The position numbers and the translations under genes were made by a program. The notes beneath the pieces were generated by a model that was given only the letters and a program-made list of their open reading frames with translations, did no database searches and was not told the DNA's origin. Positions 20,015-28,812 of a stretch of DNA of 64,000 nucleotides are shown piece by piece. Numbering within the stretch: the stretch's first letter is position 1; the number at the start of each line of letters is the position of its first letter. Origin of the DNA: an uncultured bacterium (lineage in GTDB: Bacteria > Zixibacteria > MSB-5A5 > UBA10806); NCBI GenBank assembly GCA_965541585.1, contig CBEUCH010000017.1:5922-69921 (forward strand), given 5' to 3'.

Positions 20015-20088
20015 TACCCCCGGCCCGGCTCGAACGGGCGACCTGCGGTTTAGGAAACCGACGCTCTATCCAACTGAGCTACGGGGGC
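20015..20088 (-). tRNA. tRNA-Arg (anticodon CCT)
   Basis: 74-nt cloverleaf folded by hand: acceptor GCCCCCG/CGGGGGT, D-arm GCTC-AGTTGGATA-GAGC, anticodon loop TTCCTAA, T-arm GCCCG-TTCGAGC-CGGGC, discriminator A. One mismatch closes the anticodon stem; CCA is not encoded. Confidence 0.85.
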
Positions 20089-20097
20089 GCATGCGGA

Positions 20098-20126
20098 AAT
20101 ATAAGCCTACTCTGAGATTTAGTCAA
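20098..20126 (-). promoter_or_regulatory. sigma-70-type promoter for tRNA-Arg
   Basis: Minus strand: TTGACT (20126-20121), 17 nt, TATATT (20103-20098), ending about 10 nt before the tRNA 5' end. Confidence 0.5.
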
Positions 20127-20191
20127 TCACAGTTATGTCCATGAATCTGTAATGATGCCACGAACTTATACCCTGGATACCCCGGGGGATT

Positions 20192-20674
20192 TCAGATCTT
20201 GAATGTCTCGCCCCATACGTCGGTTCCCTGATGGCACAACAGCCCGTAGCCTCTGCCCTGCCCTCGATCCTCAACGAGACTGCCGGGATTAAAGAAAACA
20301 GTCCCTCCAAACCTGCCGTGGAAAGGATCATGCGTGTGACCGAAAAGAGCAATATCAACCCTGCCCTCGAATTCCTTTCTCACCATGTTAAGGGTCGCCC
20401 CCGGCCCTCGCCTCCCATGGATCAGGCCAATCTTCAGACCATCAAGGTCTATTATCTTCTTGGACGGGAATATTTCTCTTATCTCATGAGAATCACAGTT
20501 GCCGGAAACTGCCTCGAGCCTGGCGAGGATTTCAAGATAATGCACGACATCAAGAGAGATAAAATCACCCAGATGTATAATAACATCCTCCCGGTTCACC
20601 TGATTGGTGAAAGAAACCGGGAGGTTTTTGCCAGACTTTAGATGTGTATCGGAGATCACCCAGATTTTGGACAA
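20192..20674 (-). CDS. YfcE/MJ0936-family metallophosphoesterase
   Basis: 160 aa with 'VISDTHL', 'HLGDF', 'GNCD' and 'GHTH' motifs; TTG start. Confidence 0.85.
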   Translation of the reverse strand: MSKIWVISDTHLKSGKNLPVSFTNQVNREDVIIHLGDFISLDVVHYLEILARLEAVSGNCDSHEIREIFPSKKIIDLDGLKIGLIHGRRGPGATLNMVRKEFEGRVDIALFGHTHDPFHGRFGGTVFFNPGSLVEDRGQGRGYGLLCHQGTDVWGETFKI

Positions 20675-20697
20675 AGGATTATCCCCGCAAGGAATCG

Positions 20698-20793
20698 TTA
20701 TTTATTCTTCTTCTTATGCCGATTCTTACGCAACCTTTTTTTCCGCTTATGCGTTTTTATCTTGTGTCTTTTGCGCTTTTTACCACTAGGCAT
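20698..20793 (-). CDS. 31-aa Lys/Arg-rich protein, candidate bS22 (AURKAIP1/COX24-like) ribosomal protein
   Basis: Below the ORF-track size cut-off. The reverse complement of 20701-20793 reads ATG..: MPSGKKRKRHKIKTHKRKKRLRKNRHKKKNK, with TAA at 20700-20698. It sits 6 nt after the HU stop and 23 nt before the phosphoesterase start, on the same strand. Confidence 0.5.
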   Translation of the reverse strand: MPSGKKRKRHKIKTHKRKKRLRKNRHKKKNK

Positions 20794-20799
20794 TCAATC

Positions 20800-21093
20800 C
20801 TACATCTTATTGTGTTCAGAGTTCATAACCAGATTTTTGAATTCATTCGACGGCTTAAATACCGGAATTTTCCTGTCGGGAACCGGCACCACCTCCCCGG
20901 TCCTGGGGTTGCGGGCTTTGCGGGCCTTCCGGGGTTTGATCTTAAAAGTTCCAAAACCCCTAATCTCGATGTTTTTTCCGTTTTCCAGACTGTGCCTCAC
21001 TGCATCCAAGAAAGTATCAACCGTGGCTGCAACATCCGTTCGCGTAAGCCCAGTTTTCTCCGCGACCTGCTCGACCAAATCGGCTTTGGTCAT
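20800..21093 (-). CDS. HU/IHF family DNA-binding protein
   Basis: 'MTKADLVEQVAEKTGLTRTDVAATVDTFLDAV...IEIRGFGTFKIKPRKARKARNPRTGEVVPVPDRKIPVFKPS'. ATG 21093 lies 6 nt after AAGGAGGTG; the listed GTG 21102 lies inside the SD. Confidence 0.9.
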   Translation of the reverse strand: MTKADLVEQVAEKTGLTRTDVAATVDTFLDAVRHSLENGKNIEIRGFGTFKIKPRKARKARNPRTGEVVPVPDRKIPVFKPSNEFKNLVMNSEHNKM

Positions 21094-21131
21094 CGTGCAC
21101 ACCTCCTTAAGATTTGGATTACCTCTATCGT

Positions 21132-21350
21132 TTAATGACTACAACCGCTACAATTGTGGCTGGCGCACCCGCCGCAGGATGAGCCTGCCGATGGTACAAA
21201 ACGTTCGCCCGATCTCATTCCGAAGACTGAAAACTTCCTGCGAAGCTCAGCCGTACCACACCCAGGGCAACTTGGATCTTTTGAATTTGCGTAGATCAAG
21301 AGCTCAAAATCATTTCTGCAAATCAGACAGTGATACTCAAATATCGGCAT
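21132..21350 (-). CDS. FmdB-family zinc-ribbon protein
   Basis: 72 aa; 'MPIFEYHCLICRNDFE...CPGCG' is the FmdB CxxC..CxxC signature, with a Cys-rich tail. Confidence 0.8.
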   Translation of the reverse strand: MPIFEYHCLICRNDFELLIYANSKDPSCPGCGTAELRRKFSVFGMRSGERFVPSAGSSCGGCASHNCSGCSH

Positions 21351-21356
21351 CTTTCT

Positions 21357-22256
21357 TCAATAGCCGTACCGGTATTCCAAATATGGCCATGTTCTCTCGA
21401 GACCCAGAAATTCGGGGCCGAAACCAGCCAGTTTCATCAGCATATCCCACCACGGTCGCTTGAAGGGTCTTTCCTTTACAGTCCGGGGATCGTCTCCCAG
21501 GTCAGCCAGTTCTCCGGCAACCGCAATAGCATCCTGCAACGTGCCGAGCCGGTCTATCAGTCGGAGTTCCATACCCTGACGCCCCGTAAAAACAGAACCA
21601 TCAGCGAATTCTCTAACGGATTCGATTTCCAGATCGCGTGATTCGGCGATGACGTTAACAAACTGATCGTAGGAATCGTCGACAAGCAACTGAAGCATTT
21701 TTCTCTCGGCAGGCGTTATCTGACGGGCATAATTGCCCACGTCCTTGATATCTCCCGATTTGATGACCTCCATGCTGACGCCCACCTTATCCATTAACCC
21801 CTGGAGTACCGGGAAAGAGATCATAACACCGATAGATCCGCACACCGTGCCCGGATTGGCCACAATCGAATCTGCGGCGCATGCTATGTAATATCCGCCG
21901 GAGGCGGCTACTGAGCCCATAGAGACGACTACGAACCTTCCGCTATCCTTGAATTTCAACAATTGGTCATAAATCTCCTGAGAAGCGGCCACGCCGCCGC
22001 CAGGGGTGTCTATTCTCAATACCAGAGCCTTTACGGAGCCGTCGTCCTCGTATTTCCTGAGCTGGCGCACAATGTTTTCAGAACTCACGATTACGCCCTT
22101 AACATCTACCAGAGCAACCCGGCCTCCGAGAGAAGCGATATCGAGTCCGGCGGCGCCTCTGGAGAATCCGAACAGGATGGCGGAGATAACGAAAAACATG
22201 AAAACCACAGAAATAATTATCACGGCGACTATTATTTTGTCTCTATTTTTGCCCAT
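21357..22256 (-). CDS. sppA: signal peptide peptidase SppA (36K type)
   Basis: 299 aa with an N-terminal TM, 'RIDTPGGGVAAS' and 'MGSVAASGGYYIA' (S49 family). Confidence 0.9.
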   Translation of the reverse strand: MGKNRDKIIVAVIIISVVFMFFVISAILFGFSRGAAGLDIASLGGRVALVDVKGVIVSSENIVRQLRKYEDDGSVKALVLRIDTPGGGVAASQEIYDQLLKFKDSGRFVVVSMGSVAASGGYYIACAADSIVANPGTVCGSIGVMISFPVLQGLMDKVGVSMEVIKSGDIKDVGNYARQITPAERKMLQLLVDDSYDQFVNVIAESRDLEIESVREFADGSVFTGRQGMELRLIDRLGTLQDAIAVAGELADLGDDPRTVKERPFKRPWWDMLMKLAGFGPEFLGLERTWPYLEYRYGY

Positions 22257-22311
22257 AATAGCGACTCACAATCTATTCAGGGACTGCTCTAATGTCAATT
22301 GTTTTTTGAGG

Positions 22312-24348
22312 TTACTTTAAATAAATCTTCAACTTATCGCCAGGATATAATCTCGATTTGGAGCTAATGTTGTTCCATCTGGCCAAATCCCTAATTTCCA
22401 CACTGTTCTCTTTCGCTATCTTCCATAGTGTATCTCCGCGGCGAATAGTATAGATAAAAGAGTCCTTGTAGGCCGCACCCGATCCGGAGCTTGTATATTG
22501 TGTATCACTTGAACTGTTCGTCGGAACCATAAGAGACATACCAGGATAGATTTCATTAGATGCCAGGCCGTTGGCCCTCTTGATGCTCCCAACCGTGGTT
22601 TGGTAAGCCCTGGCGATCCGCCAGAGATTATCACCCCGGCGGACTTTGTATTTGATGAATGCTGCATCCGTATTCGCCGGACCTCCTTTGCCATCCGGGA
22701 TGATTAGCTCCCGTCCGGCGTATATCCTGTTCGCTGAGAGTCTGTTTGTCCGTTTCAATGCGGCCACCGTAACGCCATGGGCAACAGCAATATCCCAAAG
22801 GGTATCGCCATACCTGACCATATATTTGCCATTGGAGCTTTTCTTGATTTTGATCTTCGCACTGCTTTTACCCTTCGATCCGGCGGGCGTTGTCCTTCCC
22901 GGCGGAACCGGGATCACCAGGCTCTTGCCTGCGTAGATACGCTTTTTTCTGCCGAGGCTGTTGGCCTGGACGACTGATGCAATCGAAACACCGTATCTCC
23001 TCGCTATTGTAGATACGGTCTCGCCTCTTCTTATTCTGTGCTTCACCCAGTTGGTGTTCTTCTCCGACGGTATATCGTCATAGGCAGCAAGGAACCGTTC
23101 TGAATCGCCTGCGGGGATCCTCAGCGAGTAATTCTTTATATCGGGAGGCGTTACTCCTCTCCGTAACTCGGGATTCAAAAGCTCCAGGTCCGAGACAGTT
23201 ATGCCTGTTCTGGATGAAATATTCTTAAAGGATATACACTTGGAAACTTCAACCCGATCGAACTCAATTGCGGATTCGTAGTTCGGATGAAACCCATATT
23301 TCTCAGGTTGTTTGGCGATTATGGTGGCAGCCATAAAAAGCGGAACATAATTCATAGTCTGCTTGTGCGGCCGAAGCTTCCAGAAATCCTTTGTCTTCCT
23401 TTTACGTATTTCGCGGCGGATACGGCCGGCTCCTCCGTTATAGGCCGCCAGGGCCAGATTCCATGATCCGAATTCTTTGTAGAGATCTTCGAGATGCCGG
23501 GCAGCGGCCCTGGTTGATTTCTCAAAATCCCGACGTTGGTCATACCACCAGTTATGTCTAAGCCCATATGACCTTCCGGTAGCTGAGATAAACTGCCACA
23601 TGCCTACCGCCCTGGCATACGAATATGCATGGGGATTAAAACCGGATTCAATCAACGGCAGATATGCAAGATCATGCGGGATCTCGTACTCCGCTAATAT
23701 CTTCTCCACTAAGGGCATATATCTGCCTGAATTCTCAAGATATGTCGCAAACGCGTCCCGGGCGACGGTCTGCAGATATACCAGCGAGTTTTCTACCCTA
23801 TCGTTCCATTCTATCGGAATATCGTAAATGACCGTGTCGGCCCTATCGAAATCCCGGAAAGCGTCGGATTCTTTCAGCTTTTTAAAATTCTTGACATCCT
23901 CGAAAAGCTCCCTGAAAGCCGCTACCGATGATTGCGAATAAAGCACACCGGTGCTCATCAAAGTCAGGCGAAAATCCTGTTCAATCTCGCTTAAAAGCCT
24001 GTCAATCCTGACAGCCTGATCAGGATACTCTTCGACATCGAGATCTACTTCGGAAAGAACCTCCAGAGCCTGTTCGTATGTTTGCTGAGCCGAATCGAGG
24101 ATACCCTGGTGAAAGTAGGCGACCGCCCTGGCATAATAGTATTCTGCCCTGTCGATCTCACGATCTATCTCCAGGGCATCAGCCGGGATTTCATCGGATT
24201 CGATTGCCGGATCTTGAATGGTCTCTTGATCTCCCCCTTTAACCGGTCTATCACTGTCGGCCCTCATCAGCCGTGTGGGATCAGGGTGAGAACAAGCTAG
24301 TAAAACCATGGTTAGGAACGGGACGATCGCAAGGTGCTCTTTTTTCAT
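22312..24348 (-). CDS. LysM-domain lytic transglycosylase (MltD-like)
   Basis: 678 aa with a lipoprotein-type signal ('MVLLACS'), an SLT core ('PLIESGFNPHAYSYARAVGMWQF') and four C-terminal LysM repeats ('H/Y.V..GDTLW.IA...'). Confidence 0.85.
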   Translation of the reverse strand: MKKEHLAIVPFLTMVLLACSHPDPTRLMRADSDRPVKGGDQETIQDPAIESDEIPADALEIDREIDRAEYYYARAVAYFHQGILDSAQQTYEQALEVLSEVDLDVEEYPDQAVRIDRLLSEIEQDFRLTLMSTGVLYSQSSVAAFRELFEDVKNFKKLKESDAFRDFDRADTVIYDIPIEWNDRVENSLVYLQTVARDAFATYLENSGRYMPLVEKILAEYEIPHDLAYLPLIESGFNPHAYSYARAVGMWQFISATGRSYGLRHNWWYDQRRDFEKSTRAAARHLEDLYKEFGSWNLALAAYNGGAGRIRREIRKRKTKDFWKLRPHKQTMNYVPLFMAATIIAKQPEKYGFHPNYESAIEFDRVEVSKCISFKNISSRTGITVSDLELLNPELRRGVTPPDIKNYSLRIPAGDSERFLAAYDDIPSEKNTNWVKHRIRRGETVSTIARRYGVSIASVVQANSLGRKKRIYAGKSLVIPVPPGRTTPAGSKGKSSAKIKIKKSSNGKYMVRYGDTLWDIAVAHGVTVAALKRTNRLSANRIYAGRELIIPDGKGGPANTDAAFIKYKVRRGDNLWRIARAYQTTVGSIKRANGLASNEIYPGMSLMVPTNSSSDTQYTSSGSGAAYKDSFIYTIRRGDTLWKIAKENSVEIRDLARWNNISSKSRLYPGDKLKIYLK

Positions 24349-24361
24349 AACTTCATCTCAT

Positions 24362-25306
24362 TTAACAAGATTCGCCTTCACTGTCAAGCCCTTTAAGATA
24401 TTCGTCTAAACTGCCAAAAACTTTATCGTAGAACCGGTTCTCATCAGGATTCATCCAGTTAGGGGAGGTCCGATTCTTAAACCAGGTCATCTGACGCTTG
24501 GCGTAATTGCGGCTATGTTGTTTTACAAGTTCAACTGCCTCATCGATTGATGTGTTCCCCTCCATGGCGTCGATAATCTCGTAATATCCGACTATTTTCC
24601 TTTTTTTTATCTGCTCCCCAAGGCCATCGGCCACCAATTCCTCGATTTCTGCAATCAGGCCGCTATCGACCATCTTTTCGACCCGACGGTTGATCCGATC
24701 ATAAAGCTGGTTCCGGGGCGGATTCAATCCTATCCAATAATACTCAGCGTCGGGGATCGAATGTCGACCTGCGTTTTTCAACCGGCTTGGTATTTCACCC
24801 GAGAGCTTGAATATCTCCAGCGCCCTGATAATCCTGACAATATCATTTGGGGAAAATCTCCCGGCAGTTTCAGGATCGATCTCCACCAACTCTCGATACA
24901 GGGTCTCCGATCCCTCACGATCCGCTCTTGCTTCCAATTCACTCCTGAGTCGATCGTCCCTTTCGGGACCCTCAAATAATCCCCTGGTCAGCGCTTCTAT
25001 ATAGAGGCCTGCGCCACCGACTATCATTGGTATACGGTCGGCCTGATAGATAAGTTCGATAGCCTCCCCCGCCAGGTCCGCATAGCGCCTGGCGGTAAAA
25101 TTCTCCTTTATATCGGCGACGTCGATCAAATAATGGGGAATCTTCAGTCTTTCGGCTTTAGAAGGCTTGGCGGTGCCTATGTCGAGGCGGCGGTATATCT
25201 GACGGGAGTCGGCGCTGATTATCGATCCGCCGTAACGGGTTGCCAGTTCCAATGCCAGCGATGATTTGCCGGATCCGGTTGGGCCGCAGATAACGACCGC
25301 TCTCAT
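24362..25306 (-). CDS. miaA: tRNA dimethylallyltransferase
   Basis: 'MRAVVICGPTGSGKSSLALELA...ISADSRQIYRRLDIGTAKP'. Trimmed to ATG 25306, 4 nt after the mutL stop. Confidence 0.9.
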   Translation of the reverse strand: MRAVVICGPTGSGKSSLALELATRYGGSIISADSRQIYRRLDIGTAKPSKAERLKIPHYLIDVADIKENFTARRYADLAGEAIELIYQADRIPMIVGGAGLYIEALTRGLFEGPERDDRLRSELEARADREGSETLYRELVEIDPETAGRFSPNDIVRIIRALEIFKLSGEIPSRLKNAGRHSIPDAEYYWIGLNPPRNQLYDRINRRVEKMVDSGLIAEIEELVADGLGEQIKKRKIVGYYEIIDAMEGNTSIDEAVELVKQHSRNYAKRQMTWFKNRTSPNWMNPDENRFYDKVFGSLDEYLKGLDSEGESC

Positions 25307-25310
25307 GGAT

Positions 25311-27041
25311 TTATTTTCTCTGGAAGATCCGTTCGAGATCATCACGGTTTAGAGAGGCCATGGTCGGCCTGCCATGAGGGCATCTATACGGTTCCTTGCA
25401 TTTCATGAGTTCGACGTACAGACCTGTCATCTGCGGCTCTGAAAGCCGATGGCCGGCTTTGACAGCAGCCTTGCAGGCTACACCTGCCGCCAGAGCCTTC
25501 TTCGTTTCCTCGCCTGCTTTTCGATTGGCAGAAAAACTCGCCAGTAGATCCTTAAATGCGATCTCAGGTGAGATACGGGATAATTCTTGAGGCAATCCCG
25601 ACAGAATCACCTCATCATCGCCAAACGCTCTTATCTCGAATCCAGCTTTCGCCAGCAGATCGGATAGCTCCTCTACCAGAGCAGCCTCTCCCGGAGTGAT
25701 CTTGACTCTTGTCTCGAAGAGAAGCTTCTGCGACGGCATCGGATGCCGGCCGAAAGAATCCATGGTTTTTTCAAAGAGGATTCGCTCATGAGCGGTATGT
25801 TGATCCAGGATTATTATCTCGCCGCCTTTGCGCTTGATAATGTAAGTATCGAATAACTGAAAGGCCGGATCGACCTCTGTTTCCGGGGATGTTGGCTCGC
25901 TCGCCTTGGCAGCTTGTTGTCCCGGCGGCTGCTGGATAATCGGTTCAACGGGTAGCGTATCTTTCTGCCTATCACCGAATAATTCCCGCCTGACCTGTTT
26001 AAAGGGAATTGTGTCTCCTGCCGGCGAGGGAGTCTTTGTCGAGATACTCACAGGCAACTGCAAGGCTTTTCTCATGGCATTTTTCAAGGTGGAGAATATG
26101 AAACCCCCATCCGCGAAGCGAACCTCGATTTTGGCCGGATGAACGTTGATGTCGACGAAACCGGTGTCTATTTCGAGAAAGAGAGCAACATAAGGGTATT
26201 GCCCCTTTGGAATAGAACCCTCGTATGCGGCGGCAACAGCTCCGAACATAGCCCGTTCCAGCACCGGTCTCTTATTCACGAAAAAATACATTTCACTGCT
26301 ATTGCCGCGCATTAACGGCGGGGCCGATACGCATCCATGGATTTTGACGGGACCAATCTGCTCTGCTTCAATGGGGATAAGGACTCTGGCTACATCCGAG
26401 CCCCAAACCGCCTGCAGACGTTTCAAAATATCATCGGTCGCCGGGAATGAGCTTTTGCTCTTGCCGTCGTATGTGAGCTTAAATCCCACGTCCGGGCGGG
26501 CAATAACGTATCTCCGGATTGTCTCGGCTATTCTCCTCTTTTCCGCCGATTCCGATTTCAGGAATTTGCGTCGAGCGGGAACATTATAGAACAAGTTTCT
26601 GACGGAGATGGAGCAGCCCTTTTTGGGCGGGGCCGGACCGAAAAAGACCTGTTTTCCACCCTCGAAACTTATCCGGATGCCTGTGTGCTCGTCCCCGGCG
26701 CATGTGATAAGTTCCATTATGGAAACCGAGCTGATTGAGGGTAGGGCCTCTCCCCTGAAACCCATGGACCCGGTTCTTAAGAGGTCTTCCCAGCTCTGGA
26801 TCTTGGAAGTGGCATGCCTCATAAAGGCGAGTTCCACCTGGTCTTTCGGAATCCCCTTGCCGTCATCGACGATCAGTATTTCATCCTTACCTCCACCGGC
26901 GATCGAGATTTCGATATTCCCGGCAGAGGCGTCGATAGAATTCTCCACCAGTTCTTTGACCACCGATGCGGGATTTTCGATTACCTCACCGGCGGCGATC
27001 CTGTCTATCAGCCCCTCGGGCAGAACCTTGATAAATTTCAT
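25311..27041 (-). CDS. mutL: DNA mismatch repair protein MutL
   Basis: 'MKFIKVLPEGLIDRIAAGEVIENPASVVKELVENSIDA' (GHKL ATPase) and C-terminal 'CPHGRP'. Trimmed to ATG 27041. Confidence 0.9.
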   Translation of the reverse strand: MKFIKVLPEGLIDRIAAGEVIENPASVVKELVENSIDASAGNIEISIAGGGKDEILIVDDGKGIPKDQVELAFMRHATSKIQSWEDLLRTGSMGFRGEALPSISSVSIMELITCAGDEHTGIRISFEGGKQVFFGPAPPKKGCSISVRNLFYNVPARRKFLKSESAEKRRIAETIRRYVIARPDVGFKLTYDGKSKSSFPATDDILKRLQAVWGSDVARVLIPIEAEQIGPVKIHGCVSAPPLMRGNSSEMYFFVNKRPVLERAMFGAVAAAYEGSIPKGQYPYVALFLEIDTGFVDINVHPAKIEVRFADGGFIFSTLKNAMRKALQLPVSISTKTPSPAGDTIPFKQVRRELFGDRQKDTLPVEPIIQQPPGQQAAKASEPTSPETEVDPAFQLFDTYIIKRKGGEIIILDQHTAHERILFEKTMDSFGRHPMPSQKLLFETRVKITPGEAALVEELSDLLAKAGFEIRAFGDDEVILSGLPQELSRISPEIAFKDLLASFSANRKAGEETKKALAAGVACKAAVKAGHRLSEPQMTGLYVELMKCKEPYRCPHGRPTMASLNRDDLERIFQRK

Positions 27042-27165
27042 GGTACTCTCAGGAGGCTGGCTTGCCTGAAAGCTCAAAATCCACCAACATTCCTCCATTC
27101 AGTATGGCAGAACGAAAATCTACTTTTGTCATAGCCGCATATATAACTGATATTTAAGGCTATAA

Positions 27166-28566
27166 TCAAGGTTTTTTGGGAAGGGAATAGCGATCGATCT
27201 TCCTGTATAGGGTGGATAGGTCGATCCCCAGGATCTTTGCCGCTTTGCTTTTGTTCCATCCGGTGTGATGAAGTGTATAGTAGATGTAAGCCTTTTCCAT
27301 TGTCTCGAGATTCGGATTTAGCTCCAGAGATTCAGATAGAACTGCGCCGCTCTTCTTCGTGGTCTGCCTTATCTCCTCCGGCAAATCCTCGATAGAAATT
27401 ACGTCATTCTTGGCAAGCATAACCGTTCTCTCCAGCACGTTCTCCAGCTGCCTGACGTTCCCCGGCCAGCTATACGATTTCAGCATCTGCATGGCCTCCC
27501 GCTCCATGGTCCTTTCGGCTATATCGAGCTTGGCCGAATGCCGTCGCAGGAAATGTGCAGCCAACAGTTCGATATCATCGGGCCTCTGGCGAAGCGGAGG
27601 AATATCTATGGTAAAAACGTCCAGACGGTAATAAAGGTCGGTCCTGAAGGCTCCATGATCCACCATTTCCCGAAGACTGGCATTCGTGGCTGCTATAACA
27701 CGAACGTCGACGGAAATCGGCTTTGTCGCGCCCACAGGAGTGATCTCTTTCTCCTCGAGTACCCGCAAGAGCTTAGCCTGGATAGTTGGACTGGTCTCCC
27801 CTACCTCGTCGAGGAAAAAAGTGCCATCGACCGCGGCGGCGAAGAGGCCGGTTTTATCCTTTATGGCGCCGGTAAACGAGCCTTTCATATGTCCGAACAG
27901 CTCCGATTCGAGCAGGCTCTCGGGTAAGGCGGCGCAATTGATCGTCAAAAACGGTCCTGATTTTCGCCGGCTTTCGGCATGAATAGCTCTCGATAATACC
28001 TCTTTGCCGGTCCCGGATTCGCCGGTGATCAGGACATTTGCATCCATAGATGCGGCCTTGGCGGCAAGCATTTTCACTTCAAGTATAGATTCCGAGTCGC
28101 CCATGAAAGATTCAAATCCCGTTGTCAGCGTTTCTTTAAGGGCCGTGTTCTGTCTTTTGATTTGCTTCTGCTCGATGGCTTTCTTGATTGAAATCTTGAT
28201 CTCTTCCACTTTGAACGGTTTGGTGACATAATCGTTGGCGCCCTTCTTCAAGGCCTCTATAGCCGTATCTATTGAACCGAATGCAGTCATTACTATGACC
28301 TCCAGCTCGGGATCGATTTTTTTTGCTTCCGTTAAGATTTCCAGGCCTGATATCTCGGGCATCATTAGATCGGTGATAAGAAGATCGTAACGGTTCTCGG
28401 GATTTCTCTGTGATCGCATGAGATTTTGCAGGGCGCGGCCGCCGGATGTTTCCGCGGTGACTTCATATCCCTCCCTGCCCAGCATTATCCGCATGAACTC
28501 GCGCATGCTGGATTCATCGTCTATAACCAGTATCCTGGCTTTTGAAACAGCAGTTGTATTGACCAT
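27166..28566 (-). CDS. sigma-54-dependent response regulator (NtrC family)
   Basis: 466 aa: REC ('ILVIDDE..DLLITDLMMP'), AAA+ ('GESGTGKE', 'GAFTGA'-like 'GSFTGA', 'ESELFGH') and a Fis-type HTH. No histidine kinase adjacent. Confidence 0.9.
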   Translation of the reverse strand: MVNTTAVSKARILVIDDESSMREFMRIMLGREGYEVTAETSGGRALQNLMRSQRNPENRYDLLITDLMMPEISGLEILTEAKKIDPELEVIVMTAFGSIDTAIEALKKGANDYVTKPFKVEEIKISIKKAIEQKQIKRQNTALKETLTTGFESFMGDSESILEVKMLAAKAASMDANVLITGESGTGKEVLSRAIHAESRRKSGPFLTINCAALPESLLESELFGHMKGSFTGAIKDKTGLFAAAVDGTFFLDEVGETSPTIQAKLLRVLEEKEITPVGATKPISVDVRVIAATNASLREMVDHGAFRTDLYYRLDVFTIDIPPLRQRPDDIELLAAHFLRRHSAKLDIAERTMEREAMQMLKSYSWPGNVRQLENVLERTVMLAKNDVISIEDLPEEIRQTTKKSGAVLSESLELNPNLETMEKAYIYYTLHHTGWNKSKAAKILGIDLSTLYRKIDRYSLPKKP

Positions 28567-28662
28567 ATTTTAACCCGTTATGAGAATCGGTATGAATGGC
28601 AAGCGTCTTTAGATAAAGTATATCGGGAATCGTAGTTCCCGAAATGCGATTTTGAGGATGTC

Positions 28663-28678
28663 GGCAAACCTTAAGCCG
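28663..28678 (-). promoter_or_regulatory. possible sigma-54 (-24/-12) promoter upstream of the NtrC-type gene
   Basis: Minus strand cGGCttaaggtTTGCc has GG and GC at canonical spacing, but the remaining positions match weakly. About 95 nt upstream of the ATG. Confidence 0.3.
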
Positions 28679-28812
28679 ATGTCAGGTCTGAAAAATGCTG
28701 GCCGGGAAAGTCCGCTCTCAGACGCCAATTAATTGGAAATCGAGGAAGCTCCGCCTCTCAGCATAGTGGCGGGGCGACATCCTGAGGAAAGGAAACAGGT
28801 TCAGCTTCCGAA

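Noticed and set aside
20642-21463. A 273-aa plus-strand ORF, and the overlapping 163-aa ORF 20644-21135.
   Set aside because: Both lie antisense to four well-supported minus-strand genes (the basic mini-ORF, HU, FmdB and SppA). They have Arg/Ser/Leu/Phe-rich junk composition with no motif and no SD.
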